Shown: positions 31,305 through 39,191 of the stretch, one piece after another
Layout: each line of letters starts with the position of its first letter
Numbering within the stretch: the stretch's first letter is position 1
Source: Planctomycetota bacterium
GTDB lineage: Bacteria > Planctomycetota > UBA1135 > GCA-002748355
Length of the DNA: 62,555 bases
Direction: 5' to 3'
Assembly (NCBI GenBank): GCA_002685965.1
Contig: NYZE01000144.1
Location: forward strand, 1-62,555
The notes under the pieces: generated by a model
Database searches by the model: none
What the model saw: only the letters and a program-made list of their open reading frames with translations
What the model was told of the DNA's origin: nothing
Made by a program: the position numbers and the translations under genes

Positions 31305-32123
31305 ATGAGCCATGAGAGAGAACGCATTCACGGGATTGTGCGGGACAGCTACGCGCGGATCGCTGAGGAAACTCCCGTAGCGACCGATACGCCCTCGGGA
31401 TGTTCGCCTGCCGCGGACTGCTGCGGTGGCGGGGGAACGCAGAAGACAGTCGGCGAGGTCGCCGGCCTCTTGGGCTACACCGAGGAGGAACTGCGCGATC
31501 TTCCCGGGGGTGCCAATCTCGGGCTCGGCTGTGGTAACCCACATGCGCTCGCAGCATTGAGCGCCGGCGAAGTCGTGCTCGATCTCGGCTCCGGCGGTGG
31601 CGTCGACTGCTTCATTGCAGCCAAGCGCGTGGGCAATCAAGGACGCGTCATCGGCGTCGACATGACGCCCGCCATGCTGGCTCGCTCACGCGATCTCGCA
31701 CGGGAGTCGGGCTACGACAACGTCGAGTTCCGGCTCGGCGAGATCGAGCACCTGCCGATCGCCGATGGGACGGTCCATGTGATCCTGTCCAACTGCGTCG
31801 TCAACCTGTCGCCCGACAAGGAGCAGGTCCTGCGCGAGGCGTTCCGTGTGCTCGTGCCCGGCGGGCGGCTCGCCATCTCTGATGTGATCGCGACATGCGA
31901 CTTGCCCGCGGAGATCCGCGAAGACGATGCGCTGCTGTCGGGATGCATCGCCGGGGCCGAGACTCAGGAGCGACTCGAACAATGGCTGGGTCAGGTCGGC
32001 TTCACCTCGATCGAGATCCGCCCCTGGGACGAGAGCCGTGAGTTCATTCGCGAATGGGCACCCGGTCGGGCCGTCGAGGACTTCGTTGTTTCGGCGATGA
32101 TCGCCGCACAGAAGCCCGTCTGA
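31305..32123 (+). CDS. arsM: Arsenite S-adenosylmethionine methyltransferase
   Basis: N-terminal CC, ANLGLGCGNP, VLDLGSGGGVD, GEIEHLP, SNCVVNL and SGCIAGA. Start moved to ATG 31305. Confidence 0.9.
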   Translation: MSHERERIHGIVRDSYARIAEETPVATDTPSGCSPAADCCGGGGTQKTVGEVAGLLGYTEEELRDLPGGANLGLGCGNPHALAALSAGEVVLDLGSGGGVDCFIAAKRVGNQGRVIGVDMTPAMLARSRDLARESGYDNVEFRLGEIEHLPIADGTVHVILSNCVVNLSPDKEQVLREAFRVLVPGGRLAISDVIATCDLPAEIREDDALLSGCIAGAETQERLEQWLGQVGFTSIEIRPWDESREFIREWAPGRAVEDFVVSAMIAAQKPV

Positions 32124-32125
32124 CC

Positions 32126-33034
32126 TCACGTCACGCTTCGCGCGATCACGTGCAGGTCTTCGCCTAGGCCGAGGGCTGTCATCGTCCGCTCCGGCCACAG
32201 GTGGTTGCAGACCCAGAACGCCCACCGGTTCTCGGCCAGGAAGCGGACGTAGGTCTCCGGCGTCGCCGGTTCGCTGTTGCACCATCGGTTGAGGACTCGG
32301 CCGAGGTTCAACCTGAGCAGGAAGTCGTGCAGTAGACGAGGGTCCTTGGCGTAGCTCGCCGTGTACGTCTGGACGACTTCGAGGCCGAGCCGTCGCAGCA
32401 TGTGCGACAGGGTGCGCTTCCCGAACATCGAGAGGTGTGAGGAGTGGACGCCGTAGCTCCAGTGCCGGCCTAGCAAGCGGCTCTTGAGGCTGTCGAAGTT
32501 GGGAACCGACTGATACATGACGCCACCCGGGCGCAGCAGTCGGGAGGCATCAGCGACCATCTCGTCCGGGTCAGCGACGTGTTCGAGCGTGTGGTTCATC
32601 AGGATCGCGTCGAAGCTCGCCGGCTCCAGGCCGGCATCAGCGAGGTAGCAACAGCGAATGTCGAGGCCCCAGTCCTTGGCGCCGAACTCCGCCGCCGGAC
32701 GGCTGACCTCGATGCCGGTAGCTTTCCAGCCGCGCTTTCCGGCCATGATCAACGAAGTGCCGATCGAGCAGCCGATGTCGAGCAAGCGGCCCGGTCGACA
32801 ATGGCGCTCGAGCCTCTGTAGCATCTCGTCGAAGCGGCCCAGGTTCTTGTCGTGCTCCTGGTACGCGCCTTCGGCGTGCCCGCGCTCGTCGCGGTAGTAG
32901 CCGTCGAGCTCTGTCGGCGCGAGGGGATCCGCCATGCGCACAAAGCGACACGTCGCGCAGCGCTCGAATCGGTGGCCCGCTGCCTCGAAGGACAGCGTGA
33001 ACCTCAACGAGCAACAGACTGGGCACGCATCCAT
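32126..33034 (-). CDS. Class I SAM-dependent methyltransferase with N-terminal Zn ribbon
   Basis: CPVC...CATC, LLDIGCSIG, HTLEHV and LRPGG...VPN. Confidence 0.85.
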   Translation of the reverse strand: MDACPVCCSLRFTLSFEAAGHRFERCATCRFVRMADPLAPTELDGYYRDERGHAEGAYQEHDKNLGRFDEMLQRLERHCRPGRLLDIGCSIGTSLIMAGKRGWKATGIEVSRPAAEFGAKDWGLDIRCCYLADAGLEPASFDAILMNHTLEHVADPDEMVADASRLLRPGGVMYQSVPNFDSLKSRLLGRHWSYGVHSSHLSMFGKRTLSHMLRRLGLEVVQTYTASYAKDPRLLHDFLLRLNLGRVLNRWCNSEPATPETYVRFLAENRWAFWVCNHLWPERTMTALGLGEDLHVIARSVT

Positions 33035-33059
33035 GCGACGGCGACCTTACCATCACGAG

Positions 33060-34433
33060 ATGTCCCGCTCATCGTGGCTGCTGCTCATCGGCTGTTTGGG
33101 TTCGCTCGCCTTCGGGGTGACTTGCTGGTGGCTGGGCCTCGATGTAGCGGCGACAAAGGTGGCGGCGGTGACGTTCTTGACCGCCTTCTTGTGGGTAACG
33201 GAGCCGATTCCGATTCCGGCAACCTCGCTGATCCCCTTCGCGGCCCTGCCGCTCCTGGGCATCCTCGACCACAAGCAGGTCGCCGCGGCCTACGGCGACC
33301 CAATGGTCTTGCTCCTGCTGGGGGGCTTCATGCTCTCCACTGCCATGGCCAAGAGCGGCGCTCACCGTCGCCTCGCCCTGGGCATGGTGCGGCTCGTTGG
33401 CGGCCAAGGCGGCCGTCGCCTCGTGCTCGGCTTCATGATAGCCAGCGCGGTGTGCAGCATGTGGATCTCCAACACCGCGACCGTGTTGATGATGCTGCCG
33501 ATCGCCATGGCCGTGCTGGAAGAGAACGATGATCCGGGCCTCGCCGTGCCACTGATGTTGGGGGTCGCGCACGCTTCAAGTCTCGGCGGTGTCGCCACGC
33601 CCATCGGTACTCCGCCGAATGTCATCTTCATGAAGCAGTACGAGATCGAAACCGGTACAGCCTGGGGTTTCGTCGACTGGATGATGATCGGCGTCCCGAT
33701 CGTTGTGTTGTTCTTGCCCCTGATGTGGTGGTGGCTCGTCCGCCACACACCAAAGACCGGGCGTGTGACCTTGCCGGCCCAAGGCCCCTGGCGCCTCGCC
33801 GAAATCCTCGTGCTCATCGTGTTCACGTTGACCGCGTTGCTCTGGGTCACGCGCAAAGAGGGCTTCGGTGGGTGGTCCACCTGGCTGCCTGACCCGACTG
33901 CAGTGGACGATGGGACGGTTGCGCTCTTCTCCGTCATCGTCTTGTTCATGCTCCCGAGCGGCGACGGTGGACGGCTGCTCGATTGGAAGACAGCCGCGAA
34001 GATCCCGTGGGGGCTTCTGCTGCTGTTCGGCGGCGGCATTGCCATCGCGCACGCGTTCAAGTCTTCCGGCCTGTCTGAGACACTGGGCGAACACTTGGCT
34101 GTGCTCGCCAGGTGGCCGTTGCTGCCGACCGTCGTCGTGCTCTGCCTCGTCGTCACCTTCCTGACCGAGATCACGAGCAACACGGCAACGACAACGCTGC
34201 TCATGCCGATCCTCGCCGCGGCAGGCACCGCGGCGTTGATCGACCCGAGTCGGCTCATGGTGCCCGCTGCGATCTCCGCGAGCTGCGCCTACATGCTTCC
34301 GGTCGCAACGGCGCCTAATGCGATCGTCTTCGGTACCGGCAGAGTCACGACGCAGGAGATGGCGCGCTCGGGTGTCGCGCTGAACCTCATCGGCGTTGTC
34401 GTCGTGACCACGGTTTGCGTGCTGGCCTTGTGA
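33060..34433 (+). CDS. SLC13/DASS family di-/tricarboxylate or sulfate:sodium symporter
   Basis: SMWISNTAT, TPIGTPPN, TEITSNTAT and MLPVATAPNAIVF. Start moved to ATG 33060. Confidence 0.92.
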   Translation: MSRSSWLLLIGCLGSLAFGVTCWWLGLDVAATKVAAVTFLTAFLWVTEPIPIPATSLIPFAALPLLGILDHKQVAAAYGDPMVLLLLGGFMLSTAMAKSGAHRRLALGMVRLVGGQGGRRLVLGFMIASAVCSMWISNTATVLMMLPIAMAVLEENDDPGLAVPLMLGVAHASSLGGVATPIGTPPNVIFMKQYEIETGTAWGFVDWMMIGVPIVVLFLPLMWWWLVRHTPKTGRVTLPAQGPWRLAEILVLIVFTLTALLWVTRKEGFGGWSTWLPDPTAVDDGTVALFSVIVLFMLPSGDGGRLLDWKTAAKIPWGLLLLFGGGIAIAHAFKSSGLSETLGEHLAVLARWPLLPTVVVLCLVVTFLTEITSNTATTTLLMPILAAAGTAALIDPSRLMVPAAISASCAYMLPVATAPNAIVFGTGRVTTQEMARSGVALNLIGVVVVTTVCVLAL

Positions 34434-35220
34434 TTCGCGCCGCCTGCACCTCGACTGCGTTGAGGTGCTGATCTCCATCGGTGTCAGCGCGTTGTATGAT
34501 CTGCTTGGCGAGGCGCGCCAACGTCAGGTGGATGCGGACCAACGCGCGTGCCAGCTCCCTCTCACTGAGAAGGCTGTCGGCATCGAGGTCGGCAGCGCGT
34601 AGTTCCTCCGGGAGCGGTCGCCGCTGCTTACCGCTTGGCTTCTTTGCCGAGCCCTTGTGCAGGGCCTTTATGAGATCGTCAAGAACCGCCAGCTCGGAAA
34701 GCGTCAGGTCTCCGGACATGTTCAAGTCGAGCCGCGTGAACTGCAGGCGTTGCAATGTGACCAATGTTTCTTCGACCGGTTTCCACTCAGCGTCGCTGAG
34801 TCGATCGTCGCGGTTCTTGTCGAGGTTGGTGAAGAAGCGCACCAGTGTGATCGACACGTCTGCAGTGGTTGCCGGAAGCCGTTGCACTGCGCTCTTCGTC
34901 AGGGTCAGTTTGCCGCCAAAGCCCGTTAGCTCCTTGAAGCGCCGATCGAACTCTGGTGCCTGAATGCGGCCGTCGTTGTTGGTGTCGAACTTGCGAAAGC
35001 GCTGACGGTTGATCTCTACGATGGCCTGGAGAGCTTCTCGATACGTGATGCGGTCGTCACGGTTTCGATCGCAGGCCACGAAGAGGCCGCGGCTCTTGTT
35101 CGTCGAATGGACCGAGAACTCCTGCTGCCCAGCGCGCTTGGCGTTCTGTGCTGGCTTTGACTGTGCGACGCTGACGGTGCACGTCGAGACCAGGACCAGC
35201 GTGTGCAGCAGATGGTTCAT
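34387..35220 (-). CDS. Secreted multi-EF-hand (calcium-binding) protein
   Basis: Signal peptide plus six EF-hand-like loops: DRNRDDRITYRE, DTNNDGRIQAPE, DKNRDDRLSDAE, DLNMSGDLTLSE, DLDADSLLSERE and DTDGDQHLNAVE. Confidence 0.8.
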   Translation of the reverse strand: MNHLLHTLVLVSTCTVSVAQSKPAQNAKRAGQQEFSVHSTNKSRGLFVACDRNRDDRITYREALQAIVEINRQRFRKFDTNNDGRIQAPEFDRRFKELTGFGGKLTLTKSAVQRLPATTADVSITLVRFFTNLDKNRDDRLSDAEWKPVEETLVTLQRLQFTRLDLNMSGDLTLSELAVLDDLIKALHKGSAKKPSGKQRRPLPEELRAADLDADSLLSERELARALVRIHLTLARLAKQIIQRADTDGDQHLNAVEVQAARITRPARKPWSRRQRR

Positions 35221-35231
35221 CAATGGACCCG

Positions 35232-36362
35232 CTACGGAGTAAACACCGATTCGGCGCCCAGTGTCGTGATAGCGACACCTTGGTGTACGCCGCTGAAGCT
35301 CTTTCCGGCCTCCGCGAAGGTGGCCAACTCGACCCGGAGCCCTTGCTGCCGGAGGAATTCGACGACTGGCAACAGACCGATGTCGGCCGTCGCGACGACC
35401 ACCGAATCGACGCGGCCCGCCAACGCCGCCGCATCCACCGCGATCTGCACGAGCCGCTCACACCGATCCTCGAGGCCGATCAGGGTGTCGAAACCAGCAC
35501 CGCGCAGCGTCTCGCTCCGACCGCGCTGCTCGCGCCCGAAGTAAGCGACGCTGCGGGGCACGTTGCGACCGCCACCAATCTGCTCGAGCAGGCCGATCGG
35601 GCTCAGGTGTCCGTCGAGTTCGGTCGTGGCAGCTTGCTCGAGGCTCTCGAGGTCGGCCAGAACCGCGAGCCGCTGCGTTGCTGATTGACGTTTCGGCAGA
35701 GGTTGGCCGCCGCGCTCACGCTTGCTTTCGTCGCGTCTTCCGTCGCGCCGGCCTTCGTCGCGCCGGCCTTCGTCACGCCGACCTTCGTCACGCCGGCCTT
35801 CGTCACGCCGGCCTTCGTCACGCCGGCCACCCTCGTGTTTGCGTCCATCGCGTCGCCCATCTTCGTCGAGGCGCCGCCCGCGGCCGCCCCGCCGTCGCCG
35901 CCTCGGCCGTGGCTCTTCGTCTCGTTGCGACTCCCGCTCCGGCCCCCTGTTGGCCTCAGCGGCAACTGCAAGATCCTCATTGCGGTCGTCCGATTCCGCT
36001 GGCTTCCTGCTGGCGCGTCGGCGGGGCTTCTTGGGCGCCTCATCGGCGTTGCCGTCGCGGCTCTCGGAATCGGGAGTGGCGCTCTTCGCAGTGGCGCTGT
36101 CGCGGGTGATCCGGCTGCGGGGCGCCTTCTTGGTCCGGCCCTTCTTGGCGCCACTCTTCGTGCTAGCGTCTTTGCTGGCCTCGTCTTTGCTGGCCTCGTC
36201 TTTGCTGGCCTTCTTGGCGGCAGCGGGCTCGTCGTCGCGATCCTTGCTGGATCCGGAATCGCCAGGAAACAAGCCGGTGCCGAAGTCTGAGGTTGTCAAT
36301 GTGGCGCTCCCCTTTGTGGCGCTTCCTTCTTGGCGCGTTGTCCGCGTGCTCTCTGCTGGCAA
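35232..36362 (-). CDS. NYN (LabA/DUF88) domain protein with long low-complexity N-terminus
   Basis: C-terminal VLADLESL...IAVDA...VVATADIGLLPVVEFLRQQGLRVE matches the NYN pattern; about 225-aa charged N-terminal region. Start uncertain. Confidence 0.7.
   Translation of the reverse strand: MPAESTRTTRQEGSATKGSATLTTSDFGTGLFPGDSGSSKDRDDEPAAAKKASKDEASKDEASKDASTKSGAKKGRTKKAPRSRITRDSATAKSATPDSESRDGNADEAPKKPRRRASRKPAESDDRNEDLAVAAEANRGPERESQRDEEPRPRRRRRGGRGRRLDEDGRRDGRKHEGGRRDEGRRDEGRRDEGRRDEGRRDEGRRDGRRDESKRERGGQPLPKRQSATQRLAVLADLESLEQAATTELDGHLSPIGLLEQIGGGRNVPRSVAYFGREQRGRSETLRGAGFDTLIGLEDRCERLVQIAVDAAALAGRVDSVVVATADIGLLPVVEFLRQQGLRVELATFAEAGKSFSGVHQGVAITTLGAESVFTP
35746..35828. repeat. 15-bp tandem repeat x5.5 (GRRDE on the minus strand)
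   Basis: CGCCGGCCTTCGTCA units from 35746 with single-base variants. Confidence 0.95.
36167..36211. repeat. 15-bp tandem repeat x3 (ASKDE on the minus strand)
   Basis: CGTCTTTGCTGGCCT x3. Confidence 0.95.
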
Positions 36363-36430
36363 GCACGGTAGCCCGGCCGGGAAAAGGGAGCAAGAAACGC
36401 TGGAACGTCAAGCACGGTAACCTAGCTCGG

Positions 36431-37129
36431 ATGCAGGTGGGGTTGTTCGTTCCATGCTTCGTCGACGAGCTCTGGCCGCGAGCGGCGCGGGCTGCCGTGG
36501 AGGTCATGGAGGCGCTCGGCTACGAACCGGGCATTGGTAAGGCCGCTTGCTGTGGTCAGGTGCTCGCCAACGCCGGTGATCGGCCAGGGGCCGAAGCCGT
36601 CCGTGCGGTCTGGGCCAGCGATCACCGCCGCTTCGAGACGGTGCTGGTGCTGTCGGCAAGTTGTTGCGGTCACCTGCGGACGGGCGCGCCTGATCGTGTG
36701 CCAGTGGGCCAAACGCCAGCGGACGAAGCCCCGCGCGTGCGTGAGTTCTGTGAGTGGCTGGTCGAGTGCGCCCCGGCGGAGTTTCCTGCCCGAGTCGATC
36801 GGCGCCTCGCATTGCATCCGTCATGTTCTGCACTGCGCGAAACCGGCACGGCGGAGGCAACGCGCGAGGTGCTGCGACGCATCCCTGGCCTCGAGATCGT
36901 TGACCCGTCCCGTCCCGACGAGTGTTGTGGCTTCGGCGGTACTTTCGCGACGGAGTTTTCGGAGCTGTCCGTCGAGATGGGCGCGAGCAAGGTGCGCGAT
37001 CTTCTGACGAACGGCGTCGACGGCGTCGTCTCCGCTGACTGCTCATGTTTACTGCACCTCGCGGCCCTCGCGCCCCAGCATGTTCCCTTCTTCCACGTCG
37101 CAGAACTCTGTCGGGAAGCGATTGCGTGA
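36431..37129 (+). CDS. lutA: Lactate utilization protein A (CCG-domain Fe-S protein)
   Basis: LFVPCFVD, CCGQ, SASC, HPSC, ECCGFGGTF and SADCSCLLH. Confidence 0.88.
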   Translation: MQVGLFVPCFVDELWPRAARAAVEVMEALGYEPGIGKAACCGQVLANAGDRPGAEAVRAVWASDHRRFETVLVLSASCCGHLRTGAPDRVPVGQTPADEAPRVREFCEWLVECAPAEFPARVDRRLALHPSCSALRETGTAEATREVLRRIPGLEIVDPSRPDECCGFGGTFATEFSELSVEMGASKVRDLLTNGVDGVVSADCSCLLHLAALAPQHVPFFHVAELCREAIA

Positions 37130-39048
37130 GTAGCGATCTGGCGACCAAGTTCGCGGCCGTGCTGCGCCGCACGGACTTCGTGGAGCGCCACGAACAGGCT
37201 GTGCGTTACAAGGCGAAGAAGCGAGACGAGACGATCGCGCTGATTCCGCGCTGGAACGAGCGACGCGCCCGCGCCCGCGAGTTCAAGGCGTCGGCCCGCG
37301 CCGACCTGCCGCGGCTCATCCAGATGTTCAGCGCCCGCGCCGCAGAGTGCGGGGTTCGTGTTTGGACGGCGGCGACGGCGCACGAAGCCAACGAGATCGT
37401 CTTACGCATTTCGCGTTCGCATGGGGTGGAACGGGTCGCCAAGTCCAAGTCGATGACGACGGAGGAATGCGGGCTAAACTCCTTCCTAGAGCAGCACGGC
37501 ATCTCGGTGACCGACACCGACCTCGGCGAGCGAATCGTGCAGATGTTCGAAGAGCCGCCGAGCCACATCGTTACGCCGTGCATCCACCGCAGTCGCGAGG
37601 AGATCGGTGAGCTGTTCGCGCAACATGGCATGTGCGAACCGGGAGAGACGGATCCGACTCGGTTGACAGAGGCGGCGCGGCGAGCGCTGCGTTCGTTGTT
37701 CCTGGGCGCTGATCTCGGGATCACCGGTGCCAACTTTCTCGTCGCCGAGACCGGAACGGTTGTCGTGATCGAGAACGAAGCCAACTCGTTGCTCGGGACG
37801 AGTCTGTCGCGCGTCCACATCGTTGTCGCTGGCATTGACAAGCTGATCGAACGCATACCGCAGCTCGCGACCTTCCTGACCGTGCTGCCACCGAGCTCTA
37901 CCGGGCAGCGACTGACGACCTACGCGACGCACTACACGGGGCCACTATTGGCGAGCGAAGCCGAGCGCGCGGCCGGCCTCGGCGATCACGAGTTGCACAT
38001 CGTGCTGCTCGACAACGGTCGCAGTGGTCTGGTCGGTACACCGGCGGAAGAGGCGCTCGCGTGCATCCGGTGCGGCGCGTGTCTCAATGTTTGCCCGGTG
38101 TATCGCCGCGTCGGCGGCCACGCCTACGACTGGGTCTACCCCGGGCCGATTGGCACCGTGCTAGCGCCCGGACTCGTTGGGCGCGACGAGTGGGTCAAAG
38201 CGTCGTCCTTGTGCGGTGCGTGCACCGAGGTCTGCCCGGTCGGCATCGACCTGGCCCGACACATCCACGACTGGCGTGGTGAGCTGCGCGGCCAGGGGCG
38301 GCTGGCCAACCCGCTGCCTCCGGGGATGGCCTTTCTGTTGCGCAAACCGGCCCTTTGGCGCGGCTCGCTCTCAGTGCTACGCCGGCTCGGCCCCGTCGCT
38401 GCCGCCGTCGCGCGGCGCACGCGGTGGGCCAAGCAATGGTCGGCCGGTGGCGCGCGTCGTCTGCCCGAGATCCCGTCGCAGACGTTTCGTCAGTGGTGGA
38501 CGGCGCGGCCGGCACCAGTGATTTCCCCGACCGTGGTGCCGGGTTCGATTCCGGTACCCGAGCAACGAACTGTCGTCGAGACTCGCGACCTAGAAACGCA
38601 GTTCGTCGAGGCCTTGCAGGAGGCCGGTGGTGAGCTGATTGGCGTCGATGCTCTGCCGCAGTTGGTGGCAACGCGTCGTGCCGCGGGCGTGCTCACTTCG
38701 CTCGGAGTCGAGAGTGGGCTCGCGCCGGTGACCAAGCTCGACCTCGACGGTGTGCCGTGGCTCGCAGCAACTGCTCGCCGCCGTATCGCTTGGCCGGGCA
38801 CTCTGTGGGTTGACTTCGACGACTTGGATTCGCGCGCGCAGCTCGTTCTTCCGGAAGGTCTCGTGCTGCTTGTGCCGGCTGTTGAACTCGTCGGAACTCT
38901 CGACGAGCACTACGAGTTGATGGCCGCGGATGCGATGCCGCGCTGTGGGACCTTCGTGACTGGCCCGAGCAAGACGGCGGACATCGAACAGGCGCTGGTG
39001 TTCGGGGCGCACGGGCCGCGCCGGCTGCTGGTGCTTCCGCTGCCATAG
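37126..39048 (+). CDS. lutB: Lactate utilization protein LutB fused to a C-terminal LutC (LUD) domain
   Basis: KSKSMTTEE, TDLGERIVQ, PSHIVTP, CIRCGACLNVCP and SSLCGACTEVCP, then TGPSKTADIEQALVFGAHGP (LutC signature). GTG start overlaps the lutA stop. Confidence 0.88.
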   Translation: MSSDLATKFAAVLRRTDFVERHEQAVRYKAKKRDETIALIPRWNERRARAREFKASARADLPRLIQMFSARAAECGVRVWTAATAHEANEIVLRISRSHGVERVAKSKSMTTEECGLNSFLEQHGISVTDTDLGERIVQMFEEPPSHIVTPCIHRSREEIGELFAQHGMCEPGETDPTRLTEAARRALRSLFLGADLGITGANFLVAETGTVVVIENEANSLLGTSLSRVHIVVAGIDKLIERIPQLATFLTVLPPSSTGQRLTTYATHYTGPLLASEAERAAGLGDHELHIVLLDNGRSGLVGTPAEEALACIRCGACLNVCPVYRRVGGHAYDWVYPGPIGTVLAPGLVGRDEWVKASSLCGACTEVCPVGIDLARHIHDWRGELRGQGRLANPLPPGMAFLLRKPALWRGSLSVLRRLGPVAAAVARRTRWAKQWSAGGARRLPEIPSQTFRQWWTARPAPVISPTVVPGSIPVPEQRTVVETRDLETQFVEALQEAGGELIGVDALPQLVATRRAAGVLTSLGVESGLAPVTKLDLDGVPWLAATARRRIAWPGTLWVDFDDLDSRAQLVLPEGLVLLVPAVELVGTLDEHYELMAADAMPRCGTFVTGPSKTADIEQALVFGAHGPRRLLVLPLP

Positions 39049-39191
39049 GCTAGGCTGCCGGCAGCCCGACGGAGAACACGATGACAACCAACCTCGCACT
39101 CGTCGCCGGCCTCACAGCGCACACGCTCATGTCGACCAAAGAGCCATACAAGTCGTTCTTGGGCGGCTACACCAGGTAGCTGTCGAACCCA

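Noticed and set aside
35746-35828. Direct repeats as a possible CRISPR array (also 4029-4088)
   Set aside because: Head-to-tail 15-bp in-frame coding repeats with no spacers and no cas genes.
39177-39179. Genome-wide TAG recoding or pyrrolysine
   Set aside because: TAG terminates many conserved genes here at the expected positions (E1 alpha, E1 beta, lpdA, rluB, moxR), and no pyl genes are present.
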